NCBI GenBank assembly: GCA_002104905.1
Contig: MCFE01000198.1
Location: 62,001-126,000 of the forward strand
Reading direction: 5' to 3'
Source of the DNA: Basidiobolus meristosporus CBS 931.73
Taxonomy: Eukaryota > Fungi > Basidiobolomycota
DNA: 64,000 nucleotides
Position numbers and translations under genes: made by a program. A model generated the notes under the pieces. The model did not search any database. It saw only the letters and a program-made list of their open reading frames with translations, and was not told the origin of the DNA. Numbering within the stretch: the stretch's first letter is position 1; every line of letters starts with the position of its first letter. This document shows, in pieces, positions 23,041 to 35,405 of this stretch.

Positions 23041-24100
23041 TGTAGTGGGGTCACAGTGACACCCACTGACAGATGTGCTCATTCCCATATTTTCTACTTC
23101 CTTATATTTCTACTACATTTATTTTAGATTTATCCTATTTGTCTTACCTGATCAGTACTATCCCATAAGCCGGTTGACTATCACACCTGCTTACCTTATT
23201 GCATAAGTTATCCCTCACTTTATGTAAGATTACTAGCTGTAAGTGCTTCTATATTAGGCAAGTACCCACGCCAGTACCTGTGACACATGATCAACCCATA
23301 TCATCATCCCTACCATTTCCATACTATATATGGGATCCCTATGTTACACAGGTTTCAGAGTACAGATTCCTGATTGGTGGGATGTGCTGTGCCTCTTGGA
23401 ACCCTCTGGCACTTACTTAGAACATTCTGATGTCATTAAGATTTCTATTGATATCCAGAACCTTCTGGAACACCATGATTAGTAATCACTTAGCCAGTGA
23501 GAAAAGTATATAAGGGAGTCTATCCCTCAACAATAAATCACCATCCCTTTTATCAGTATACCAACTTGTTGATTAGTGTGATCACTGCTACCTGCTGCTA
23601 CCTGAACTTCCAACCCCAGATCACAGGACACTCCCAGGAAACAGTGCTGACAGTCAACTGACCTTGGAGGCACAACTTGTGAGGAATACTCCAAGTAGGT
23701 ATCTTTTACTATATTTGATTCTTTCCCAAGTTTGTTCTTGCACAGGCAAAGATACTTTTCTGTCTTTGTAACTATTGACCACAGCTGCATTCTTATCAAG
23801 TCCCTGCTGGTGGGGTTTACAGTTGTTTTGACTTTGGAAGCTTTAGTACATTGTCATCTCAAAGGATGCTGAACCCAGCACATACTTTTGTTAAGACACC
23901 AACTAAGTTGGGGATTGTAGCTCAATAGTTTTCTCTTGACAAGCTTGTGGCTTTATTCCCCATCACATTAGATTAGAGACAGTACCCAAGTATTCCTAGC
24001 AAGCTTTTGCCAGAAGTTATCACACCCAGTGAACACCCCACACACAAAACACTTGAGAAGTGTTGGACATATCTCTCCCTTGGACTTATACACCACCACA
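23041..24100. mobile_element. Large solo-LTR-like insertion (1,060 bp) in the gag of A2
   Basis: Ends TGTAGTGG...CCACCACA, flanked by GTGC on both sides; removing it restores the A2 gag (compare 58412-58430). Contains an AGAACCTTCT motif similar to the LTR at 34898. Confidence 0.7.
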
Positions 24101-24949
24101 GTGCTTGATTTTCTTAATTCTTCATCTAGGAGCCGTCCATATATGTAATTTAAGGTCAAATCTTTGGTTCTGGACTCTAGGGCTGATACATGGCCCTGAA
24201 ACTCATCTGTCAGGCTATTCAGGATGGTAACTATCACATACTCATCAGTAGTTGGTACGCCCACTGATTCCATCTCATCTACCAGCAGGGTAGTTCTGTT
24301 AATTAGATTTTCCATTTCATCTCCTGGCAGCATCTTTGTAGTAAATAGTTTTTGTCTCAGATACATTTTCTTGGCAGCTGAACATTACTGGTAGATGTCT
24401 TGTAATGCCTTCCAGGCATTCTTTGCTGTTTTTGCTCTTGAGCATTGAATTAGCAGTTTGTCCTTGACATTGATGCAAATGCAGTTAATGGAGTTTGTTC
24501 TTTCTTTGGGTACTTTAAGGCTTCCTCTCCCATGTTTTTAGGAGGGCATTCTTCTCCCATGACAATATTCCAAAGGCCTCTTTCTTGTAGCAGCATCTTA
24601 ATATTCACCTTCCACACTTGGTAGTTAGATCCATCCAACTTTTCAGCAGAGGGAAAAGCTCCAGTAATAGTAGTGGTAGATATTGCAGAGAGTAATAACT
24701 TGGGGCTCATAACATGTTGTAAGAGTCTTGGAGATATTGGAAGTGATTAGGAGGACATGTAGATTATGTGGCTTTCACTTGATTATTTATTGAATGTAAA
24801 AGTAATTTTAATACTTTACATGATCTTGACATAACAAGCATGTTGAATAGTTCAAGGAAGGTCCCAAGAACATGTGCGCAAAGTTTGGGGCTGTTTGGAC
24901 AACTCTGAGAATTTTCATGTTCTGAGTACCTGGTATTTTGGTGAAAATA

Positions 24950-25160
24950 AGACTTGTTCCATCATTCCAGCTGATCATAGTGCCCAAGAGTGCCATAGCA
25001 TGCCAGATGGTGCTTGATTATGCCACAGAGTGCCAGATGGTGCCATACAGTGCCAATTTGGGATCAAAATTGACATGCATATGACCCTAAAATATCAAAT
25101 TAATAGCAAAATATACAGCACTTTCTGGCACTATGATCAATGGTACAATGGAACAAGTCT
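24950..25160. mobile_element. 211-bp MITE with AGACTTGTTCCA terminal inverted repeats
   Basis: About 34-bp imperfect TIRs, TSD ATA on both sides, internal GTGCCA repeats; removal restores the family A LTR (GGTGAAAATATTCTAAG). Confidence 0.85.
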
Positions 25161-28100
25161 ATATTCTAAGTAAATCCCAACAAGGAAATTGGTCAGTATT
25201 CTCTAGGATTTGAAGGTAATGATCTAAGTGACTAAGTTAGGTGAATATTTAGGTGGAATTACAATTTTTACAACAGAAAGAGGCCTTTGGGATATTGTCA
25301 TGGGAGAAGAATGCCCTCCTAAAATTGTGAGGGAGGAAGCCTTAAAGTACCAGAAGAAAGAACAAAGTGCCTTAAGCTGCACACCCCTTTATGTTAAAGA
25401 CAAATTGCAAATTCAATGCTCAAGAGCAAAAACAGCAAAGAATGCCTGGAAGGCACTAGAAGACACCTACCAGTCATGTTCAGCTGCCAAGAGAATGTAT
25501 TTTAGACAAATATTCTTTACTACAAAGATGCTGCCAGGAGAAGAAATGAAAAATCTAATTACCAGATTTACCCTGCTGGTGGATCAGATGGAATTTGTGG
25601 GCATGCCAGCTACTGATGGGAATGTGATAGTAAACATCCTGAATAGCCTGACAGACAGGTTTCAGGGCCTTGTAGCCTGCAAAAGGAGAGGGCACACATC
25701 AAACCAGTGCCTGAAAAAGAGAGATAATAAGCAGAAAAAGCCTGAATATGGAAATGCTGCAACAGCTGAGGAAAGACTAATCATATCTGCACTAAATATG
25801 ACCATAAACAGGGATTCTCAGACGTGGTATATTGACTCTGCAGCATCTCAACACTTTACACACCAAAAAGAACTTTTTACCCAATATCAAGAAATTCTAA
25901 TTAAGAAGGTTTTCATGGGTGATGACAGAACACTTGATACAGTGGGAGAAGGAACTATCAAAGCAAGCCTTGAAAGCAGTGAAGGAAGCCATACACTGAC
26001 CTTGAAAGAAGTACTCTATGTACCAGAAATAGCCAAGAACCTGCTATCTATAAGCAAGGTAGCAGCAGAAGGAGTCAGTTCTAGCTTTGACAATTCTGGA
26101 TGCAGGATCACTGATCAAAATGAGGCCCATATTGCTCTGGGTATCAGAGATCAGAATCTGTATAGGTTGATATATATTCCATCATATCTGAAAGCCAATA
26201 TAAGTAACTCAAATGAAGAAACACCAATGCTTTGGCACAGGAGATTTGGACACATCAATTTTGATTATTTGTGCAAAATGATTAAAGATCAGCTAATTTT
26301 CAGAGTAAACACTGATTCCCTAGCTAATTTGGAGCTCTGTGAAGCCTGCATATATGGGAAACAAGCCAGACAACCATTCAAGAGCTCTTGGTTAATTAAA
26401 AATAGGAAAAAAATAGATCTGATTCACTCAGGTCTGTGTGGACCTATGCAAAATTTCTACTTAGATGAGATGAAATATATAATCCCTCTTATTTATGATT
26501 ATACAAGATACACATGGGTCTATTTCATGGAGAGAAAGGAAGAAGCTTGTCTAAGTTCAGCAAGTTTAAAGCCATATTGGAGAAAGAAACTAATGAAAAA
26601 ATTAAAAAAATATGCATTGACAATGGTGGAGAATATACATCAAAACTCTTCATCCACTTCTGCAAAATTCACGGAATAAAGCAAGAGACTAATGTACCAT
26701 ACTCCCTGCAGCAAAATGGAGTAGCAGAATGTGCAAACAGATGAATAAATGATATGGTAAGATCTACAATTCATTTTTAAAAATTATCCTATGACATCTG
26801 GGTGGAATCAGTTACCACAGGGGTATAACTTAATATAGGAGCTATAGCAGAATACTTTATGATTCTACTCCATTTGAAGCATAGTATGGATACAGCCCAA
26901 GTGCAGAATATCTAAGAATATTTAGGTGTACAACATATGCTAAGAAAACTCCCAGAAATCAGTCAAAATTTGAGCCAAAAAGTCCTAAGAAAAAATATTA
27001 AGAAAAGGCCAGCAGAATACCATCATAAAATCAGCTGCATTCCAAGTTTCTCAAATCTGACAACTATCACTATCTCGTGTACTAGCAGTTGGGCAGACAA
27101 GCAGACATATTTTACAAGAGGAGACTAGGCCAACCTTGATTCATGCCAAATTTGGTGATTAGCTGCCCACTATTTCCATCCAATATTGTAACTGGATATA
27201 TGAACAAAAAATACCAGCTGAATACCAGCTAAATACCATTAGAATACCAGCAGAGTACTGACTGAAAATCAGATGAATTCCAAGTTTGAGATTTTTCATA
27301 GGGAAAAGTGCAAAATACATATTTTTGGACAACTGCATCAGAGTAAAGCATACAGACTCTACAATGCCAAAGCAAAGAAGCTGATCAAGTCCAGGGATGT
27401 GTTGTTTAATGAAAATTCAAAATTGTCACAAAAAATGATATCAGATCATGACAAATTTCTGATCTTAAATCTACCAATTATGAGGATGGAATCAGAGCAA
27501 AACAATAAAGTTTTTTTCACTCCAGAGAGCTCTAAAACTGTGATTTAGCCTGAGTCAGTGCCCAGGAATATCCTAGAAGTGAGCATTCCAGTATCAAATG
27601 CCCAGAGATCCAACTGGACAAGAAATAGCCCAAATTACTACATTAATGAGGGTGCAAACTTAGCATATGCCCATTCAGTCAATGTCAATGAACCACAGAC
27701 TGTAACAGAAGCCCTAAGTAACCCTCAGACTAAGTTTTGGAGATCTGCAATGACTGAGGAATATCAGGCCCTAATGGAAAATCAAACTTGGGACTTGGTC
27801 AAATTACCAATCAACAAAAAATCAATTGGATGCAGATGGGTCTTTAAGACTAAATGCAAGGCTGATGGTACAGCTGAAAGATACAAAGTAAGACTTGTGG
27901 CTAAAGGATACTCTCAAACAAAAGGACTTGACTATACTGAGACCTTTACACCAGTAGGCAAGTTTAATTCCATCAGTTTAATATTGGCTATTGCAGCCAA
28001 ACCCTATGAAAAATAATTTGGTCCTGTGGGTGGATCCAATCCGGATCATCTGTCAAGATCCTGTTTAGAGACCGTCATAATAACAGCAGCTTAGAACTAG

Positions 28101-28479
28101 TGACCCTCCTGACAATCCTATAACAAGATCATGATGGTGCTTTGCAAATTTTACAGCCAAATAAAGGGATAAACTTGACAATTTTTAATTGGTGCTGTGA
28201 AGATATTTGCATGGTATTGTTACGGTCTTTCAGCAATCTATTACTATATTAAGTGGATCCAGTTGGCCAGGACTTCCAATTGCTTTATATGGCAAGAAAC
28301 ATGACGGTATTTTGACGGCCTCACCGCAAGACTCTGAAGGCATTTTCTTAGCAGTGTGACGGCCTACCTCTGGTTCTGTATAATGCTACCGTACCAATTT
28401 ACCAAATGATATTTCCTTTTTCTACCTCCCCTTGTGCAATTCATATATTCCACTTTAGAATCACCTTTCTTTATTTGCT

Positions 28480-31168
28480 TACCCACTACTACCTTGGGTA
28501 TTATACATATAGTTTGAATCAAAAAATACTATGGCCTCCTGCTTACTAGCCTCTACAAATGTGCACACCTGCTGCAATTGACATACTTCTATCACCTCAA
28601 CTTTACGGCTTTTTAGTGTGATACTTGCAAAGTTACCATATACCTTGTACTGCTGGTAGCATATACATCTTGCAAACATATGCTTGGTTGTTGCCACTTC
28701 TGCCATGGATACCTCCTGAATATTGGCAAAGAACTTCTTAGTATTTAGCTAATGTATTCCTTCTCCTTGCTGATTCTAGTCCTCCTTATAGGTGCGCTCT
28801 GGCTTTTGTTTTTGTGAATTCCATATTGAGTGGTGTAGAAGTTGCCTTGTGACCACAAGAAATCTGGCATATATTGGTGGAGCTTTCCTGATAAAAATTT
28901 GTTGCTTGTTGCACCCAACCCAACCTTGCATTACTTAACTAATTACCCACGCATTGGGGCTGCTTAGCTTCTTAATGCCATAGGCATAGGTGTCTCCATG
29001 TGCACATTTGTCCTCAGTATTTTCCAACTCTTTCTGGCTGTCCTCCATGTGCCAACATATCACATCCATGATGGACTTGAAGGTAATATTCTTGATGAGA
29101 TTGGGATATGATAGTACCTGCAACTTGACTTGTCTTCCTATCTCCCCACACATCCACTCCATAGGAAACTCCCAAAAGGTGAAGCAAGGCCCAATATTCT
29201 CCACACACAGTGCAAGTTGGAGTAGAGAATGGATACAGTAGCGGCAGAGATCTACATGTTCAGCTTTATGTTTGTAGTATAGCCACTCAAATCCCATCAC
29301 AAACTCCTCACACAACAGCTGTAGATGCGTCAAGTTGGCATTAGTGATCCACCTCTGGATATATATTCCTACAAATTCCACATATGACTCCCAGTGCTTC
29401 CAATGTACTCTTGGTAGGAATGGCTTCAGAACATCACTTGAATAAATACATATCCAGTTCATCTAGTCTTTGCACTTGTATTGCTGCATATGCATATGAA
29501 TATTAACTGAAGCCTGTGAGAAGTACTTAGGGTAGCGGATACTCTGCAATATCTTGCCAATTTTTTCAAATTTCTCTGGTATCTTAAAGGGCTCATTTAG
29601 CTTGAAATGCCCCATGTACAACTTGGTCATCAGTATAGGGATATTGCTGATAAGCAAATGCATTGCTCCCAGTGGAAAGCTTTTGCTCCAACAGTTACCC
29701 TCTATCTTAAGTATCCCTGGTGGCCAATTGATTCCATATTCTGTCCAATGGCTTATAGCTTGCCAGCTTTGCTGCAATTGCATGCTTACTTCTGTACATT
29801 CCCTCTGTGAAAAGATGATGTTCTTAGTGCTGGTGTTTGGGTAATAATCGTGTGTGTGAGTTATGGAGTAAGTCCCCAGGATCTCACACATTTGACAGCA
29901 ATACTGTCCATTGTGCCTGGAAAAACCTGCTATCTTGCTGATGGCTGGGGTATCTCCAATGCAGATAAAAATATGCGCTTTTACATGACGGCCATTTACT
30001 GTTATCCTGATAGAAAGCATATGAAGTTTATCCAGCAATGGATACTGGTAGCTATCCAGGTTAGACAGTGATTTAGGCCCAGATACCAGTGACACTACCA
30101 TTGGATTATTGCTCTGATACCATAAGATGGGTGGCAGATTCAGATTGATGAGAATCAGTGGCCAGCAGGATTTGCTGGTAGGATACTTGTTTAATGGGAA
30201 TCCATCAAGTGCTAAAGCAAAGGCATGGTCATACATACCTTCAAAGTAGCCCTTGCTTCTTTGCTGTTTGCAAGGTTTGCCATCAAATATATTGGATACG
30301 TTTGCGCTTGATTGATACCAAGTGTGGTACTGTATAGCTTTGCAATATTAGTTGGACTGCATCAGCTTCCTCAGACAGGGTATGACTGGAATATATTTAG
30401 AGTGTGAACAATGTTTTCCCTCAATGGTGGTGAATTCCTGACAATTTGGAAACATTGCAATAGTAGCATTTTTGGATATGAATGCCATGCAACTGTTAAC
30501 ACATGCTGGAATCAGGACAGTCTCTGGACCATATGTTGCCTGCCACATGACAGTTGTCCACTTGTACCATGTACATGGTAAGTTGTATCCTGGTATGAAT
30601 TTGGCAAGATGTAGTAATAAATCCACAAAGCCCCCATTACAGATATTAGTGGAAACACACCACTTCTCCAGCCACAATGTTACATCATTCACTAGTAGAT
30701 GGATTACTGGGCTCACTTGGCTCCATAAAGTATCCTTGGCATTTGTTTCAACAGGTATTGTCTCATTGCATATAGGGACTTGACTGAGCTCATACATGGT
30801 ACTGTTGTTAGGGGAGATAGGATCAAATCCATCAGTGAACCTTCTTTGTCAGAGCTATCACTCTGCGTGCCATATTTGGATAGTTAAGGTTAGCCTAAAG
30901 GCATTACAAACTCACCTGACTCAGTTTGTGCAAGGTGACAAAGACAGCCAGGTGCCAATATAGAAGTATCCACTGGCTGGCAAGATAATGTTGATACAGC
31001 AGTGACCAATGAATGTTCAAATATGACTTGGGTGGCAAAACACTGGCTGTGATCCTTGTAATACTTCCTATGCTGTCTGCGTGCTTCATGGCTGAGAGGC
31101 TTGCCACAATAGCCACATGGTCTATTTTCTCTTCTCTTACGGCATTGAGTAAAAGTAGTCTTGTCCAT
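28480..31168 (-). pseudogene. Tnp2-family (En/Spm) transposase pseudogene of CMC copy 1
   Basis: ALALDGFPLNKYPTSKSCWPLILINLNLPP, VSGPKS..NLDSY.YPLLD.L, GDTPAISKIAG, FPLGAMHLL.SNI, HSLLQLALC..NIGPCF.FWEFPME; many stops and frameshifts. Confidence 0.85.
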
Positions 31169-31389
31169 GGGGCAAACAATTTGACCTTCAACAATGAAAC
31201 GCTATTATTTCACTTTTGGGCTAATACTCATGTAAACTTAAGACAGTTTGTATTTGAGACATTGCACCTACATGGGTGTAAGATTCAATGATGACCCACC
31301 ATAGTAAGCATTATAAATAAAGTTGTGGCACCACATACACACATATATGTAGCACTATTTCCCTTTTGGTTTGACTCACTTCCATATAT

Positions 31390-33410
31390 ATGCCGCCAAA
31401 AAATAAAGCAAAGTCATCTGGTTCTCCACCAAACCCCACTGCTGATGGCAATAGAAGAACAGTTGGACAACAGCTTGCTTTGACATTCAGTGCAACAAGC
31501 AGGGCTACATTCAAAAAAGGCCCTGTGGATAGTGTGCCCATTGAAGGTAATAATGGGGACTCCTCAGGCTCTCATTCAAGTAGGCAATTGAGAACCTGCA
31601 GAGCTACAAGCTGACCATTATGCTCAGGCAGATAAGAATGTAGCAAACTCAGTACCCTCAGTTGAAGATCAGAAAGTGGCCATGATAACATCACCACCAC
31701 CCATATTAGCAAGTTTGTTGTCAGCTCATACCAAAGCATTAATGAAGCAATTAGGTGCAGTGGCTGATAGGATAGATGCAATGGCCCAGAGAAATCAGGA
31801 TGTAGTCTGGAAACAGGATGAGCAGATAATATGTGTAGAGTAATCATTATCCCAGGTAGAGAAAGCAGTATCTTTGCTGCGAAGAAGGAACTCAAGTAGC
31901 TCAATGTCACAGCCAAGAATTGAGCCATTTCCCAATGTAACAGCAGAGGAACACTGTAGAGTCTTTGAAGAACAACAACAGTGCCCAAAGATAAAGCCCA
32001 CAGAAAACCTATCACAGCATGGGAGGGAGCCAATGTGGTGTTTATTCCAAAGCCTAAAAATCAAAAGACATTGAAGATCTGTGAAGCCACTGAGTGCAAT
32101 AATGAAGAGTGGAATGATATATAAGAGGCCATCAGAAGTCTAGCATGCCATCACCTTAAGGCCAGCATACCATGGGACCATCAGGAACTCAAGGCCAAGC
32201 AGAATGCACTTGACTTGTTCCATGAGCATTATGCTGGATTCAAACAGGCAAATGGATTTTTGGCCAGCATTGGTATGCTAAGAAAGTATCTTAAGAATGC
32301 AGAGACTATCAAAGACAGAAGAACAAGGGTGCCATGGCTAAAAAGCAGCGGCTTCCTCAAGAGCCTGCTACAAGCAGGGCCAAAGGCTCTAGACAAGCGT
32401 CAAAGAGACATCAGGCAGCTGGAAGAGTGCCAGTTAAGGACAAGCAGGCAGACATAGATGCACCAGCATAACATGTATCAAGGAAAAAGAGTAGTATCAC
32501 TCAAGAAGCACCCAGTCAAAGTAGCAGTGAAGGACCTGGCAGTGATAAAAACCAGCTGCTTTTACAGGAGCCTGTCACAACTATGGTTGAGAGCTCAAAA
32601 CAAGCTGAAAAGAAAGGTCAGGTTGCCAGAAGAGTGCCAGCAAGGGACAAGCAGGCCAAAACAGATGCGTCAGAACATAATTTATCAAGGAGAGAACACA
32701 GTTCATTACAAGAAGGACTCAGACAAAGTAGCAGTGAAAGACCTGGCAGTGATAAAGGAAAAGGTAAAAGGAAAAATGTCTACCCAAGCCTGAGACAGGG
32801 AGGCATGTAAAAAAAACTGCAGTTCTTGCCAATCAACGCCACAAGCCAGGAACAGACTGAATCCCATCATAGCCAAAAAGAATTACCAACAAGAGAATGC
32901 TGTTTTCACCAGAGTTGGAAGCACAGCCATTTGAGCTACACTCCAGCAAGGTTGACAAGTTTGCTGAAAAAGGCAATTTATCTACTACAGCCTCCACAGC
33001 CTCCATTGTTGACAGAGTGGAGATCCCACTGACAGACAAGGCTACAATGTCAAGAGCTCAAAAGACTATCACAATGCCTTCAGCAATGTTTTGGAACATT
33101 AATAGGCACACCAAGAGGTTGCAGCACTTCTTCAAGAGCAGTGCACAAGAAAATGCACTGGAATATTGCAAGATTTACTGCAAAGACTGGCAGATGAGGA
33201 GCTAGACCTTGCAGTGCTGGCTGAAGACCAGGACATGTGGGAACCAGTGAAGGAACAGTGGCACAAAGCTGTTGGGTTCCCACCAAAGTTGCAGAACCAG
33301 AGCATTACTGCAGAAATACTTATTGAGCGGTGGATTTCAATTGAGTTACTGTTGCGTGGGAAGTTGGGCTTTATGTTAGTGTTGGGTAAAGAGACTTGTA
33401 CAAGTTGATA
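31390..33410 (+). pseudogene. Second (accessory) ORF of CMC copy 1, divergent from the transposase
   Basis: Starts MPPKNKAKSSGS; segment EEW..IQEA.RSLACHHLKA.IPWDHQELKAKQN.LDLFHEHYAGFKQANGFLASIGMLRKYLKN recurs in copies 2, 5 and 6. Domain not recognised. Confidence 0.65.
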
Positions 33411-33559
33411 CAATAGGTAATTGAGGTACAACTGAAGTTTCAACAGAAATAAATCAATTTGTATGCATTAAAAGTAAGAGAAACAGTTGAGTCAGGAAGT
33501 AAGGAGTGTGAAAAAGAGGCAATAGCCAGTCAATTCACACAATTGTAGGAGGTGATAGA

Positions 33560-34293
33560 AGAGTTATTCTGTTGGATAGTGCCATATTGAGCCATGAGTA
33601 CCAAATGATGCCATAGTGTGCCAGAGAGGCCAATTGAGCCTCTACCTGGCCACAGAGTGTGAAACATAGCTCCGCATCTTCATGCAAAGCAGCCCCTTTG
33701 TTTCACCCATTGTGTTGGAGAAAATCCATTTTTTGACCTTTTTTTTTAGATCAATGTTGCGCAGGATGTGTTAGAGCACAAGCAGATTGAAGATACGCAT
33801 CTGGTACTCAATACCCAGGGCACTCTGAATCTAGCTCCTGTAGCTTGTATCATGTCACAAAAATGAATGGCACTATCTTGGTCCACTGGTACTATCTGGC
33901 ACTATATTTAAATATTAGCCCTAAAGTAAGATCTATACAAAGCACTTATAGTGCCAGATAGTACCAGTAGACCAAGATAGTGCCATTCATTTTTGTGACA
34001 TGATACAAGCTACAGGAGCTAGATTCAGAGTGCCATGGGTATTGAGTACCAGATGCATATCTTCAGTTCTCCTGTGCTCTTACACATCCTGAGTTACATT
34101 GATCCACAAAAAAAGGTCAAAAAATGGATTTTCTCTTGTGCAATGGGTGAAACACAGGGGCTGCTTTACATGTAGATGCAGAGCTATGTTTCACACTCTG
34201 TGGCCAAGTATAGGCTCACTTGACCTCTCCGGCACACTATGGCATCATTTGGCACTCATGGCTCAATGTTGCACTATCCAACAGAACAGGTCT
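33560..34293. mobile_element. Foldback (near-complete palindrome) element FB1, 734 bp
   Basis: About 345-bp inverted arms around a short AT-rich spacer; TSD AGA (33557-33559 and 34294-34296); the empty site is visible in copy 2 (~41648-41662). Confidence 0.88.
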
Positions 34294-34897
34294 AGAGTGT
34301 CCAGGATCAGAAAGTGAGCAAATTGGCAGGGAACCAATCAAAAGCCACTTATACATTGTTGTGATGAAAAATTTTGACAAAGTTTTTTGTGAAATCTGAG
34401 GTGCAATTATTTTTCAATGGTATCTGGACAGTGTCCTGACAAGATCAGTACCTCTTAGTCATGGGACATTAACTTTGTGGCAGCCTTTTGATGGGATCAT
34501 CTCAATAATTTTTCATAGGGCAAATATAAGTTTCTTATACATCAAATGGATGTAAAAGCTGCATTTTTGAATAGAGAACTTGATGAGGATGTCTATATGG
34601 ACAAGTCAGATGGGTTTGTTGACCAAGATAGCCCCTATTTGGTCTGCAAGCTAAAAATGTCCCTGTAAGGACTTGAGCAATGACCAAGAGCCTGGAATTA
34701 CAAAATAGTTTCTGATTTGGAATCTTTGAGTTTCAACAGGAGTAATGCTGACTATAATATATACTATAAGCCAGATAGAGCAAGTCCAGTTCTATTAGCT
34801 CTATATGTGGATGATCTTATTGTAGCCAACAATAGCCCAGAAACATTGGAAGAGACTAAATCCAGCCTATCTAAAGAGCTCAAGATGTCCAATCTAG

Positions 34898-35399
34898 TGT
34901 TATGAATAGACACAAGGCAGGAGGAAAAGCTAGGCATGGCAGGAAAGGACTTAGGTGTGGACCATCAACAAGGCTGTTTATTCAAGACCTGGGTTTATCA
35001 GACTGAGGAATACTTAAGGGGGGATAGGACTATATATACTTTTTGGCTATTCTGATGCCAAGGAGTATTAGCTAATACTAATGGGGTTATGGGGTGAGGC
35101 ACAGCAGCAGTGCTGGGGATAATAATATAGAAGGCAAGGCACTGAAACAGGATGGGGAAATGGATAGGGACACCTTATCATGTGACTAAGTCATGTGACC
35201 TGGTATTTGCATATATGGTACTGGACTATGAAAAATACGGTGGGAAGCTTCCATGGAATGTTCCATTGTGTAACAATGGTTTGGAATGGTCAGGAACTTT
35301 CTGGAAGGTGGTAGAAGGTTCCAGAAGGAATCTCTTAGAAATTGAGCTAGGAAGCTGAAACTTGGCATGGGTGTTCATGGTTGTCATGTGATCATAACA
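34898..35399. mobile_element. Solo LTR (502 bp), probably Ty3/Gypsy
   Basis: Ends TGTTATGA...TCATAACA; flanks TCTAG and TCCAG (5-bp TSD with one mismatch); GAAGGTTCCAGA-type repeats. Confidence 0.75.
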
Positions 35400-35405
35400 T
35401 CCAGT

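Larger units (their letters stand above)
19322..25275 (-). mobile_element. Ty1/Copia family A element A2, full length but decayed, inserted in the gag of A1
   Basis: LTRs at 19322-19670 and 24715-25275; perfect 5-bp TSD GAAAG (19317-19321 and 25276-25280); PPT-like TGAGTGGGAG next to the 3' LTR; gag, PR, INT, RT and RNase H fragments on the minus strand. Confidence 0.92.
28002..34520 (-). mobile_element. CMC/En-Spm (CACTA-superfamily) DNA transposon copy 1, complete ends, decayed
   Basis: TIR CCCTATGAAAAAT(A/T)ATT at both ends, TSD CAAA; Tnp2-like transposase remnants on the minus strand and a second ORF on the plus strand. Confidence 0.88.

Noticed and set aside
23910-23962. GGGGATTGTAGCTCAA...TTCCCCA resembling a tRNA-Ala 5' end
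   Set aside because: Only ~53 nt, no T-loop/B-box (GTTCGA) and no cloverleaf.
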